Source: Balanoglossus misakiensis | Lineage: Eukaryota; Animalia; Hemichordata | NCBI GenBank assembly: GCA_040954595.2 | Contig: CM082583.2 | Location: 9,472,254 to 9,536,253, forward strand | Direction of reading: 5' to 3' | Length of the DNA stretch: 64,000 nucleotides | Shown: one piece after another, positions 50,401-63,581 of the stretch | Numbering within the stretch: the first letter of the stretch is position 1 | How the letters are laid out: each line of letters opens with the position of its first letter | Notes under the pieces: model-generated | Databases searched by the model: none | Seen by the model: only the letters and a program-made list of their open reading frames with translations | Told to the model about the DNA's origin: nothing | Translations under genes and position numbers: made by a program

Positions 50401-53400
50401 GGTGGCCAATAGGAGGCAAACATCATCATTGTGCCAAATAAACAACAGGTGCCCTGAAATCAAAACCAAACATTCAAACCACAAACATCCAAAGTATCGG
50501 CAAAGAATAAAAACACTGAATTGCCCGCAAACAACAACAACAATCAACCTTTGGTACCAATAATGAGTTTGGAGTGTTCATAACCTTGGTTTGTCAGAAA
50601 AGGAACTGTCCAACAGAATCTTGAAGGACTTCATGTTTGATCCAGCTGACTGTATCTCTGTGCCGACTTGTTTGTGTTATAATTTGCCAACTTGTCCTGT
50701 TCTCTGCCACGAGTGTGGCCACTCAGCTGGGTTATCGCTGGAGACATGATTCCCTCTGTCATGTTACACAACTGAACATCACTACAGGACAAATATTGTC
50801 AGTCGAGCGTCACAAACATTAACAAATCAAACACTGGGCTACAATCAACACTTGTTCGGTGGTTGTAATCAATCTTAAGTAATTAGTTTTTCTTCAAACA
50901 CGATTCTTGTAGTCCCCCATTGACTGCTGATGTTAATAAACGACATAATCAAGAAATCTAGATACAGAGATATTTTTTTAATTTCGTGTATCCCAGCAAC
51001 TACTGGATCGCTAGATTTTGTCCAGACTTATGGAATTTTATTTACTGGTACTTTTGGTGTCTTGAGATTTTTTTGTACTCATGGAGTGCAGTCACATTTT
51101 CCGAAATCAATCGGAAATTAGAGATATTATGAATAGACAAAGGGAGTAATTGTTTTATTGAAAGTGAATGTTCTTGATTGTTGTATTGTTGTAGTATATT
51201 GTAATGGTTTGTGTTTCAATGGTTTGCCTGTTTCGCTTTCCAGGGTTTGTGTTTATATTTTCTTTGCAGGTCACGCTATTTCAGGTAACTCCGGATCACA
51301 ATGCATGTTTTTTCCCCTGATAACCTTGAGTACAGTTCCGGAAGTTCCTTCAAACGTTTTTTTTGAAATCATGGTCGATCGCTCCACACTTTTTTTTAGA
51401 TTGACAGTGTCCAAAACATGGAGGTGATGCCTGTGTGTACCAGGCATTTTTAGCCGATTGTTGAAATAGGAGACCTAGCTGGTCTCATTTAGATCTTTTC
51501 AATGCTAAAGAGGTCCTGGACCATTGCCAACAATAAAGACAGTCAGTGTTACTAGACAGGTCTTGCTAATAGGCCCGCAGCAATCAATCAAGAACTCTGG
51601 TTAATGTGGTTGAATGTTAAAATCTTAGTTCCTTGAAAATTTGAGACAGTTTTCGCTTGCCTTGATTTCATAGAATCAATGCAGCTCAAACAGGAGAGGC
51701 GTGTTTTCTGTTGTTGACAATCTTCCTGGTAGGGAGGGAAATTTGAAAGGAAAGGGGTAGATTTCAATGATCAAATTACCATAATTACCATTATAAAAAG
51801 GTTTAATTGAGTTTAATTATATTCCTCAACTGTATGCTAGTTGTTTGCTGCAGAGCCTGTGAACTATTATTATCAGTTTGGACTGAAATTTCAGGGACAT
51901 GCGCTGAATGATCAGAATCAACAAACCAGTCCTGTTTCTGTGGCAACCCACTACCACAACTGCTTGTTTACACATCGCTGGAGAAAGCCTACAAATAAAG
52001 TTCCTGTGCAGGATTGAGGAGGAGTCTGTTGGAATTGTCTGTGGAGAATGAAGTGTGAAAACCCCTAATGAAGTCTAACAAGACTGGGTGCCAATGTACA
52101 CATGGGTAATTGGCCGAAGTCCACTAAAAATGCAAATAGACCTTCAGGTTTTTATCTTGTTTTAGAGTTTGTGCGAGGACTTGGACTGCATGTGAACATT
52201 AGCTGAGGTGGCAGAGAATCTGGGAGACAAATTTGAAGAGTTGGTCGATTTGTAAAGGTGACGACTGAAGTGGTACGCTGTCATATTGATCGGTTACTGG
52301 CCTGACCGTTTGAATGGTGCTACCCACCCCTCTGTGAAATGGTACGGCCACCTTATTGTTCAGCCTTCGACTGTTAAAATTCAACCTGTGTCTATAGATT
52401 GACCCTCGGATATCATAGTGCGGCAACCGTTGGCTCCAAACAGCCATGTCGGAAAAGTGTCACCTTTTTGCCAAAATTTGGATATATACCTGCAGTTAGA
52501 AGGTCTGAGTTTCCATGGTAACAGGGTGGTTACATGCGCAGGTATGGTGTTGACATGTTCTCTTTCTTTTTCTGTAAAGTTCAAAAGTGCAACTACGCTG
52601 CCACATCTGTGGTGGTGGTTGTGCAGCAGGGGCCCTGGGATCTGTAACTGTAGCAAACTTTAGTTTTGACCACACATTATCGATGTGTTGATTTAGGTTA
52701 ATTTGCCTGGAGCTGGTCAGCTTTGCGTGGCTTCTCTGCACCTGATGCTTTGCTGCTGGACCTGGTGCGAGGTTGAAGGGCTTCACAAAGTCATGTTTTA
52801 GCAACCTGCTTTTGAATATAGCCACGATGCGCAACAACTTTTCACTACTTTGGACATAGTCCGGCTAAGACAAGCAACATGACTTAACACTTCTTCAGAA
52901 AATCTGCAAGTTGAGAATGCATGATCTCTGCCTTAGCAACTGCATGCAAGAGAGAGAGAGTTTATATCAAAAGTATGTTTTTCGTGTTCCTCAAGGTTTT
53001 CTCTGCACCAGCTCATTACTCGCGGTCTTAAGGTTTGAAGGACTTATCCTCGTTTGATGTCTACACTTTTTGTCCAACTGTTCCCTCCATTCAGCCCCTG
53101 TTTCAAAAGATCAGTGCAGCTGATTTGCATGCGAATGCAACCATAGAGAAAGCACACTAAGGGTGTCTTTACAGACCCTGAGTAAAGAGAAACCCTTTGA
53201 CAACAACAAACCTATTGTCCGCCACCTCTCTCTGTTTTGTATGGTCCTTGCTTAAATATCACTGCGCACAACAACGGCACCATGTTGAAGACCGGTCACT
53301 TCATGTATGGCCCTGGGAGAAAGATTGCCTTGTTTGACGCTGTATTAAGTCCGGATTTACGAACTTTTCATTAAAACTTCGGCGTCGTAAAAATAAAGTG

Positions 53401-56400
53401 TACACACAACAACCTGGCAAACAGGTGTTATGGTCTTTTTAAGCTATGCCACTTCTGAAGGTAGACTTCCGTTTGGTTTTATGATTGTTGGAAAAAAAAT
53501 TGCAAAAAGAAAGAAAACAGCACAGGATAAGACAACAATAAATATGTCCTCAGGTGGGACCACTCAACACTCAATAATTGATTGTCGATTGTGTGTTTCA
53601 CGGTGTAGCGTCGTGAATCATCCCCCGCCCATGATTTGCCCGTGTGCCTCGTAGTCATACCACAGGGTGGAGTTCATGTAGGTACGTGGCGTGCACTGAA
53701 TTATTTATCAGAATTTGCGCTGAGTGTGAACAGAATGGAAGTTTTTTTCCCCTCCTGTTGTCAGTTAAGAATTAAACCGGTTCACAATCTAGGGAAACCC
53801 AGTGGAGAGATTTTAAAGTTAACAGTCAACAGTCAACAGTGCTATAATCAGAAAGTGTTGAATTGTTTCTCAAATTCAGCTGTGCCAAGCTCAAGACTCC
53901 ATTCTGAATAAGGTGTCTTAACACCAAAGAAAAAACGATCATTCAGACTTTGAATATTTTCCGTTAATCTGCACATTGTTCTGAAGGGATCATGGTTATC
54001 TAAGGTTAGTCTAATCACACCGACCAACCCTGTCAAAAGATTCAAGTGTTTTTTGCATTATTTGTACATGGGTGCAGACTGATAAATTATAACCCATAAT
54101 AGTTTTCATTTGACCTCTCGACCCCCGCCTCCCTCCCCTGGCCGTCTGACCCCGCTGCTGTGATACTATTGAATTGCCTTGCGAACAGGATCTAAGCGGT
54201 TCCCTGGAAACCCACCTGTATCAAGGTCCTCTATTGGCATTTCCTGTATTGTCATGTCAGTCACGTAGTTCAACAGCCAATTTGCGAGAATTGTTAATTT
54301 TGGGTTAAGACACAGAGACAGTTTGCGAGAATGATTCATTTTAGACTGTCATATTAGTGTCAACTTATGAAACAGAGACATTTTAAACAAGATGTCTTCA
54401 TGACAGTTATGACACCTGTGTGATTGTGTATAACTGTTTGTCTGTAACTGTTCCCGACCGAGACGCGGTCCTCCATTTTGAATTCCAAGATTGATTCCCC
54501 AAATCTTGTCGTGAATATGACGTAATCAACTGGCCAAAAACGGCTCTGCTGGATGTCAAGGCTTTTTTTTGCTCGTAGTAATTTTAGTTCAGACTTTCCG
54601 GAATGCAAAGTCCCGGCCCAAGTTCAACACTGAGTCATTGCAAATATTGATTTTTGTGATGCAGGTGTTTAGTGTTGCCCATGACCTTTGAGTCACCAGC
54701 CAAAAATGAAGGAAGCTTTACATGTCGTCGTTTTCGTGAAATTTTTTGTAGTATTTGTTTTCTGGGAAACCAACACTAATAACACATTTTGCACATTTTG
54801 ACCAGGAAAGGTATACATCTACATGTGTATGTATGTTCAGGTGTTTTCCACCTTGTAATCACCTGTAATTGAACAAATATCCTTTAAAATTCTTTATTAG
54901 GCTGAAAGAGTTTGGGAGTTATTCTTGGTCTTGTCGGTATGCCAATTTGGTTGAAAAAGGACAGTTTGTTTTTGAGCATGTCCTAAGACCAGACTGACAG
55001 GAAACTGATAAGATTTCTGATAGGTGTGCATTTACCCAGCAAGTCGTCAACCAAGATTTGTTAAACTACCCACTCTCTCTCTTACAGGGAAAATTACACG
55101 TAGTAATTTCCAGTTTCTTAAATCAAAAATAGAAACTTGGATTGATATCGGAAGTCTTTCTTGAGAATTTAAGACTCTGATTGTGTTTGGTTTCTGTTCT
55201 TAGCGCGAAACTTGTGGGTGTGCAGACCCTTGTATGGACATCATTTATCTGTCATTGTTATGGGACTGTTTAAATGGCCAGTCACGTGACTGATCTCCTT
55301 AGTAGAATCCACGTCAGAGATGGGGTCAAGAGGTCATCACCATTACAACCGCACAACCCAGTAGCCAATCGATTGGCCAATGCATGCAGGCACTCCCATT
55401 TGAAATGACACATACAGGAAATAGAGATGTTTTCTGAGTAACATGGAAATGCTGTTACAATTACAATGTACACACACAGATAGTATTCTCGACAGTATTC
55501 CAGATGAGAAAGTGTCATAACAGGGATTTTACTTATTAACCAGCAAGAGTTTTAATTTTGGCTGACATTTATATTCTACTCAGGGATAATCAATACACTC
55601 AAGGTAAAGTATTCATTTATAAGTTTTTACACAATCTTAGTTTGACCTTTGTTGCTCAGATGTGGCCTTTAAATTCTAAGTCGAAGGTAGTTTTAGGTTT
55701 TAACCAATACATGTTGTCAGTATGAAGAAGATACATGTGGTATAAGAAAAGGGCAAGTTATAGTCTGTATTCATGTAAACAGCTAGTTTGATTTGTACGT
55801 AGCTGCCAAGACTTTCACCTCTAAGTTTGTCCTAGAAAACGTTGACACTGCCTGTGAATTGTCCGGATGGATTGTTTGTCCGGAGAGAGTTCGTTTCTCA
55901 GTGATTCAGGCGACAAGAACTGTGGAGTTTTTCCTACCTTTTGGTTTCCTTCCTGTGGTGAGAGGGGGGAAAATGCCCACACAGGGGGATCCGTCAATGT
56001 TGTCAGCTGAAAGGGCTGTTAATTATTACCACAGCGATTTTTGTTGCCAGAGTTTAGTAAATTGTGGTCAAGACCGGCTCTTAGAATTTTGTTTTATCAG
56101 CTGATAAATTTTGTTCTGAAATACTAACATGTAAGTACTATGGCATAGTCACCAAATTCTTGTTTGATATTTTCTCTGGTTAGATTTCCGTGTGTGTTTT
56201 GGAGGTTAACATCGATGAAAGTTGTGTACTTTTGGCCTTGATGTTAACCTTGCCACACTCCTGCTATGGTGGTTGTGAACGTTTCATTGACATTAAATTT
56301 ATCTTCTAGTGCTGCTGTTGATGTTCAATGACGTTGTTTCTTTGTGGCACCATAGCTCTTAAAATCTGTTTGTATTTTATGTTACTTGTTGTGGTCAATA

Positions 56401-57202
56401 GCAAATTGGCTTTGATCTGGAGGAGAAACAACATTTATATGTACTTTATGATGTACTAGTATTCTTCTGAGGGCTGTAGTCACATTCTGCTTTTTCCTGT
56501 TTTGACACTGAGGATCAGATTGAATTGTATTATGTCTGTATGTCTGTCAGTATGTACAACTGTATGTATGTATGAAACTAGTCTGTGTACATAATATGTG
56601 CATACATGTGTTCTTTCACTGTTTGCACTTATGTAGAACAAGCATTTATCTCTGTCACGAGCACAGCTATCAAAATTAAGTGTGTTCAATCTTACTTGTA
56701 TGGAATCTACTTTACTTTTGTTTTCAGAAACTGAAGTACATGTAGTTCAAACTTTATTAAAACATTCTGGAAGACGTCCAAAGTGAATGATACCCCTTTA
56801 TTAATGATTGTTCAAAGAAACATACTTGAGGATGTGAAACTTGGCGTGGATGTGTGATGGTATGACTGTGTGGATTTACCAGCTGGGGAGAAAGGTGCAA
56901 TTACATTGTACCTACATCATGTACATGTAGTTTCCTTGACATCATTAAAATACAATAATTCCAGTGTAACTTCTGTGAAAATTTGTGATAGGTGTATTGT
57001 TCTAGAAAATTTGTATATCGAGGTGCGTGACAAAATTATGGAGAAATTATATCAAATTCTGGGAAACGTGATGTCATTATCTGTTTATACATGTATTTAT
57101 GTGAATAAAATGGTACTTCCAGTATTTGAGTCATTGTAATAATTAATAATAAATTTACCAAGCGAACATAATTTTGTATATTTTGCTTCTTTACAGATTT
57201 AG

Positions 57203-57338
57203 ATGAAGATGGCGGTTTCTAATTTATTGACGCGGCTAAGGATTTTTCAGTGCAGTCTTTTTTATCTTCTTATGACGTTAGAGCTATCTTCCAGCAGTTT
57301 TCCAAAAGACCAGGTTCCCAAATCCAGAGCAGTGCTAG
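57203..57338 (+). CDS. Sema1a: Semaphorin coding exon 1 (signal peptide)
   Basis: Acceptor ttctttacAG 57196, ATG 57203, MKMAVSNLLTRLRIFQCSLFYLLMTLELSSSSFPKDQVPKSRAVL, donor G|GTAAGT (phase 1). FPKD resembles the FPED start of Sema1/6. Confidence 0.85.
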
Positions 57339-58523
57339 GTAAGTGGCTCCCTCAGAATAGACCTTTGGCTCCCCTAGACAAATGCAGCGAACCATGGCCT
57401 GGGACGGAAATCACGTTCAGGCAACAAAGGTCTGCTCAGGTCCCGTGAGAACGAAAAAAAGTATCACTTAGTTTGTTATTTTCAAGTGGCAGTGTCAAGC
57501 TTTTCCCTTTTTGCCACTTTTCCATGATAGTTTTCCACAACTAAAAAATGTCTGGATCTTGGTCATGGCACGCGGTCATCTCTTAATGATGGGGAAAACG
57601 TTCGCCCACAGATCTTGGTCTGCCGTGAACAAGAATTCAAATTAAGAGTACCAGTATGTTTTACATTTACATGATAATAGGACGTAGGTGTTGCGCACAC
57701 ACAAAAACTGTCTTTCATTTTGATGAAATATCACGAGAAGGGCCTGTGTCAAGGTAATTCCGGCCTAACCCTTTATTCAATCGAACAGGCTCCTTGTTGA
57801 ATTTTGAAAGTTTGAACAAAAGACATGCACGTTGGTCATTCTCACGAGCGTCGAACTCACAGACTGGCTGACGACCGTTAAAGGTCTATTTTGAAAGAAA
57901 ATGAAAGTGCATTGAAAATCGGGAGGGAGAAAATGGAACAAAGTAACGATGGAATTCGAGTGACGACTGCAAGGAAGGAAATTGTCAGACTGAAGTGTCC
58001 TGTCTTGATCAAATCCTACTTGCACACTTGTATGAACTTGAAATGTCGGTGTTTTGTTCTGCTCTTGACCTCCCAAAAATAACAGAACTTTTATACATAT
58101 CTGTCGCTGTCGGAAAAGTTTTGAGTAAGATTTGTAGAACACTAACTTGAAACTCTCCTGTACATCATTTGCCCGTGGCATTTATGACTACCAGATGATT
58201 AGATCATGAGAATGTTGAAGGGGGAAGTTTCACTGCCTTCTGTGGTTTGAAACGAGAAGGTGTGACCTCAATAAAGTGAAATAGCTGAGGACCCCTGTCA
58301 TCTTGTGGTCACATGTCAAGTTTTTCAAGGATAATTAATCAATTTTATGTACCTGCTGCCTCTTCTGTCATAATTATCACCAAGTCATCACCATTCTGTG
58401 AATAAAAAATGTCCGTGTGAGAATATTTCATGACGATTTATTCTGCCGTGATAGCTTTTGATCATGGGAAGTACATGTACATGTAGTGGTGTAATTTCTC
58501 ATATCCTTGTTCTTTATTTGCAG

Positions 58524-58804
58524 TTGGCAAAACTATTTATTCAGGTAACATATCTGCATCAACAATTATCAAGGATAGTCTATACGTGGGGTCAGAGGAC
58601 ATTTTACATGTATTCAACATAAGGAACAATTTTGAGATTCAGCACAATATCTCGTGGCCACCGGACGAAGAAGACACCAGGTTTTGCAAGTTAGTGAAAC
58701 AAGAAGAGGAGTGTCATAATTTTATTACCGTCATTGAGCCAAATAACGAGAGGTTACTGGTGTGTGGCACCAATGCCAATTCGCCTAGTTGCAAATATTT
58801 TAAT
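58524..58804 (+). CDS. Sema1a: Semaphorin coding exon 2 (Sema domain)
   Basis: SLYVGSED..ISW..C..ECHNFITVI..LLVCGTNANSPSC; tttgcAG and GTGAGT. Confidence 0.93.
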
Positions 58805-59097
58805 GTGAGTATTATACAAATTTGTTTTACAACCCTCACACAAGAAAATAAGTTGTGATTCCCGAGTGTTAGGACTCAAGAGAACACTTTCTTATGGTGA
58901 AACAGTCCAGCGTTAAGTTTCAGACAGGCTTGCTGTTTGCAAACTCTAAATCTGATGTACATGTAGACTTTGCTCCAGAAACAACAACCAAAGTTCAAAC
59001 TTTGTTCCTTCAGCAGAGATATTGCTTCTCATCCAATCTGTGCAAAACCACTAATGTACCCATGTCTAATGTTGACTATCCCTTGTTCTCTCTGCAG

Positions 59098-59185
59098 GAT
59101 TCAAGTCTTACGCATTCCGATAAATTGAATGGTTTATATAAAGCTCCTTTCACTGCTGGTCAGAAAAATCAGGCAATTTATGCTG
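59098..59185 (+). CDS. Sema1a: Semaphorin coding exon 3
   Basis: DSSLTHSDKLNGLYKAPFTAGQKNQAIYA; ctctgcAG and GTGAGT; phases 0 and 1. Confidence 0.9.
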
Positions 59186-59309
59186 GTGAGTGTGGTTCCG
59201 TAAATAGCCCTTTTACACGTACATGTATAATCATTTTAGATGGTGACTATTATTTGACTCTGTTCAAAGCATGATGTCTTTCTTGCGTTTTGTCATTTAT
59301 CAACTCTAG

Positions 59310-59429
59310 GTGGAGATCTGTACGCAGGCACTGTGTCGGACTCGATGGGTAGTAAGTCTGTCATAGCGCGAACTGCGAACGATGGATCCACGCTTGTTAC
59401 CGAAGAGTCCGACTCCAAGTGGTTGAATG
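59310..59429 (+). CDS. Sema1a: Semaphorin coding exon 4
   Basis: GGDLYAGTVSDSMGSKSVIAR..LVTEESDSKWLN; ctctAG and GTGAGT. Confidence 0.92.
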
Positions 59430-59947
59430 GTGAGTCAAGATTCTTGTTTCGATTTCTCAACAGAAATAGTCTGTCTGTTACTTTTGGTTTCACTTTTATT
59501 TAGTAATACCTTCATCTTGCACTGGCTGGGGTTGTAACTATATTTGGCCATGCCCAGTAACTGATACGAAATTTGCAGGTTACACAGGTGAGTTTCTGTT
59601 GAGTGGGCGTTCATGTCCAAACAATGGATGTGTGGGAGTACAGTGCATATCCACACCCTGTGATGGCCAGTTCACGTCTAAACAAGACCAACATTGTGGA
59701 CTGATCAGATATGCCATAAACCTGCCATGATGCCTTATCAGAGAGAATGGCTTGGTAAAAAATTATTGAGCCAGCCATAAGAATTGATTGCTACTCGTAT
59801 TAAAGTTCAGGTCCCATGTTCAGGGCATTTCCTGTTCTGTACCTGTATAAATGCAAGAGTGAAACAGAGTAAATCTTGACTAAACAGGAATTCTACAAAT
59901 TTGCATAGCCATTTGTTCATTTATTGCACCTTTCTAATTTCTTTCAG

Positions 59948-60036
59948 AACCTGATTTCATTTCATCGTATCATATTGGTGGCGAGGTATTTTTCTTCCTG
60001 CGAGAAACGGCAGTTGAGTACAATAATGTTGGAAAG
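59948..60036 (+). CDS. Sema1a: Semaphorin coding exon 5
   Basis: EPDFISSYHIGGEVFFFLRETAVEYNNVGK; ctttcAG and GTGAGT. Confidence 0.94.
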
Positions 60037-60271
60037 GTGAGTAAGATGTACACCAGAGCAGATGACACAATTCGTTGTTTTACTAGTTTCGTATTAATTT
60101 TATATACCAACAAATAACACCTATCTCTGGAGCTAAATTTGGCTCAGGTATGAATATATATATAATTTTCTCAACTCGCCAAAGTATTATTGGTTTGAAA
60201 CTACACATGGCTTGCAGTGTTACTACTATCGGAGACTTTAATACATAAAAAATTTCTCTAGAAAAAATTGA

Positions 60272-60505
<234 letters not shown>

Positions 60506-60558
60506 TGATGGAAAACAGTGTATGATCAAGACATATTGTGTTTGGCTTCTTTTTGCAG

Positions 60559-60610
60559 AAGACACAGTTGAAATCAATGGGAAATTCTATGGAGTGTTTA
60601 CAACCCCAAA
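60559..60610 (+). CDS. Sema1a: Semaphorin coding exon 7
   Basis: QDTVEINGKFYGVFTTP; ttttgcAG and GTAAGT; phases 1 and 2. Confidence 0.92.
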
Positions 60611-60862
60611 GTAAGTGTTCATGAAATCCGAAGATGTCAAAATTCATAGTTGCTATCATGCCAAAATTCATCATAAAAACTGTTATAGTATTCCCAATTG
60701 AAAATTTATATGTTAATTGTTTCGAATGTATTCCTGTTTCTTTGTGTCACTGTCCTACATTGCATGGCATTGGATATTCGAAAGTATTCACATCCTGTTA
60801 CTTTCTGTTTCTGTGTTTCAAACAATGCCTCTGACTTTTCACCTGCTTGTCGTCTCACACAG

Positions 60863-61013
60863 TAACTCGATCCAAGGTTCGGCCATCTGTACCTATGACC
60901 TGAGTTCCATTACTGATGTTTTCAACGAGGGACAGTTCAAAGAGCAACAGTCCGCCCAACACGCATGGCTGCCAGTTCCTGAGAATCAAGTACCAGAACC
61001 CAGACCTGGATCG
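60863..61013 (+). CDS. Sema1a: Semaphorin coding exon 8
   Basis: NSIQGSAICTYDLSSITDVFNEGQFKEQQSAQHAWLPVPENQVPEPRPGS; cacAG and GTGAGT. Confidence 0.95.
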
Positions 61014-61269
61014 GTGAGTGCAGTGTTGATATTTTCAGCTTGTCCACCCCTATCATACAGTGTATGGATCTTACCACCAAGCTGCAAACACTGGGGTTGA
61101 ACCATTGTTGTTGGGATGGTGGGGATTAATGTGACGTCTTGGTTTTGCCAGGAAGGCAGATAGATTTCATTTGTTTTTGTATCAACATTTTGAGAAATAC
61201 TAAAATTACCTGAGCCATTTTTGGAAACAGTCCTCTGATTTCTCACATCAATCATCTTTTGCATTGCAG

Positions 61270-61474
61270 TGTCAGAATGATTCGACCACTCTCAGTTATA
61301 ACGTACTACTGTTTGCGAAATCACACACATTGATGCACGATGTTGTGGAACCTAGCGAGAACAATGGCCTTCCACTCTTCACCATTACAAGGGAAAACTA
61401 CAGGTTCTCCCAAATCGTCGTTGACAAAGTGACGATTGGATCTGAATCCTATGATGTCATGTTTATCGGAACAG
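61270..61474 (+). CDS. Sema1a: Semaphorin coding exon 9
   Basis: CQNDSTTLSYNVLLFAKSHTLMHDVV..YRFSQIVVD..YDVMFIGT; ttgcAG and GTAGGC. Confidence 0.94.
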
Positions 61475-61631
61475 GTAGGCAAATCCATATTAAAAGTGTG
61501 TGTGGGTTAATGTAATATCATAATAATATCCACTTTTCAGAAGACAGTTCAGATGTCTCTTTATACTAGATTCAATACCAAGTTTGGCAGCCATCAAATG
61601 TTTAACTTCACACTTTATTCTCATTCTGCAG

Positions 61632-61836
61632 ACAATGGGAAAATCTTGAAAGTTGTGATGATGACCATCGACGGCAGTTTGCAGAGCAACCTTATCGATC
61701 AAATGACCGTGGTGGACCCAGAACCCATCGTCAGTATGGAGTTTGTCGGCGATAACTCGGACAAGTCCATCTTGGTCGGTAGTCCCAGTCGCATCGTTCA
61801 GATAGGTGTGCAGAGGTGTGAAGAGCTGGAGGAATG
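61632..61836 (+). CDS. Sema1a: Semaphorin coding exon 10 (end of Sema domain, start of PSI)
   Basis: DNGKILKVV..EPIVSMEF..SILVGSPSRIVQIGVQRCEELEE; tctgcAG and GTGAGT. Confidence 0.93.
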
Positions 61837-61954
61837 GTGAGTAATTGTTAGAGATTAAAGATGAAAATTCAGTGTAGATCGCGGTCAGTGCACATACGCA
61901 ACCATTTGTCAATACAGACTCGTAAAAATGTCCGTTGTGATTTTTCCATTCCAG

Positions 61955-62026
61955 TGGCTGTGTACAAGACCCTTACTGTGGTTGGAATGACGATGACAAG
62001 AAGTGTGAAGTGTTTGCCAACAATGT
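61955..62026 (+). CDS. Sema1a: Semaphorin coding exon 11 (PSI domain)
   Basis: CGCVQDPYCGWNDDDKKCEVFANN with the PSI DPYCGW motif; ttccAG and GTAAGT at 62027. Confidence 0.92.
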
Positions 62027-62224
62027 GTAAGTTCTCTTTCTGTTGGACGTGTGTGGCTATTTCCCCAATAGAGCCTGTGTCATTTTACATCTCATCCTAC
62101 TGAAGTGTGGTACTTGTGTGAAATTTATCGTTTCAAGGGGTCCTTTTCCTGTAAAAGTGTGATAATCCTGTCTGGGAAAAGGTGGAATGTTTGTAGATGA
62201 TAGAGATTTGTCATTCAATTACAG

Positions 62225-62274
62225 GAATTCCTTGAAACAGAACATCACTGCTAGAGAAGAATGCCCAATTAAAG
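62225..62274 (+). CDS. Sema1a: Semaphorin coding exon 12 (end of PSI)
   Basis: VNSLKQNITAREECPIK; ttacAG and G|GTAAGT; the phase-2 join from exon 11 keeps the frame open. Confidence 0.85.
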
Positions 62275-63545
62275 GTAAGTCTTGACTTGAGGGGAAAGAT
62301 AAGAAAAAATAAAATCAAGGGACTCTGTTTGTAAGAGCTGTATTGGATATGATGGACCAATTCTTAACTGGAAAACTTCGACTAAATTAAAATGCTGTAA
62401 TTATAAGACAGATCTTCTGTTATGTATTTATATACATGTAGTTGTAGTCTTGTTTTAATACTGATGTAATTTTGTCGAAAAGAATTTAGATTTTGCTGTG
62501 TATTGTGGATGTAAGAGTTTAAGTTTGAAATCTCTCTCCTTGATTTTAGGTTCAGAATTCTTTGATTGTGTTCTGTGTCGTAACAACTTTCTTATGGATA
62601 TCTTCTTGAGGAGGGGGCGGGACTGTTTGGCCAATTTTCTTTTTTGGGGGGATGAAAGGGGAGGACTGATTCTCACTGTATACATCATCCTCTGTGAATT
62701 GCCGACCATTTCAGCATGAACAGCACAGGGGACAATTGGCCTCTTTCGTGACCCCTGGGTGACCTCACACCCTGGCGTTTTTGTTGGCATGGCAACGTAC
62801 ATCACTTAGCTTTTCACCTGTCTGTATCAGACAAAATGCCAGGATGTAGAGGTCACACAAGGGTCATGTAATTGGCCTGTTGTATGTGGGCATGGGTGTT
62901 CACAGCACCGGGCTTGGTGGTGAATGCAGCGGGAAAAATGATGGTCCGGGGACAAATTTGCTGTTTGACACTGTCTATACTAGTTTTATGTTGTATGACA
63001 AAATACTCATATTGTTCGGTAACAGCCAACATGCAATTTAGCATGTTTCAGTATGCAAAACAAAATGATTAATGAAATCCCAGAAAAAGTCAAAACACAG
63101 CAACTTTGTCCTGCTGACTTTTTTATTGTGATGAAAGAAAGAGCCAACTGAGAAATGTTATATGAATGTACACATTTTACTATTCTCTGTAAGTATTATA
63201 ATTACCTATTGCTACAGAGCATGTACATGTACTTTTCAGCATGTGGTTCGCACTTTCTTTCATATAATGGCAGCATTGTTTTAAATTCCTGGCTTCATGG
63301 GTGCATAAATTGCTTTTTTCCCTTCGAAGGTGTAAAGCTGTGCATTCCCTGTGAGTGGCGCCAGCAAGTAATGAAAAAATTGTCATTGTTAATTTATTTT
63401 GATTTTTTTTACAGTAAAATTAATGTTGTTTTTATTTTCTCCCCACCACTCATTTCATCCCCATTATCTCCATTGATTGTGGGCCACTTTATTTTATCAC
63501 CTGCTGTTGTTGCTTGTCCATCGACCATCTTCACCCCCAACCCAG

Positions 63546-63581
63546 AGGTCACCACTTGCGAATGCCCGGAATGTCCAACTG
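63546..63581 (+). CDS. Sema1a: Probable 36-nt symmetric cassette exon in the semaphorin stalk (EVTTCECPECPT)
   Basis: First AG (63544-63545) after a ~130-nt AG-free pyrimidine-rich tract; donor G|GTTAGT at 63582; phase 1-1 matches exon 12. Confidence 0.6.

Noticed and set aside
62025-62026. Alternative phase-0 donor GTGTAA for exon 11
   Set aside because: It puts exon 12 in a frame with a TAG stop; GTAAGT at 62027 keeps the frame open.
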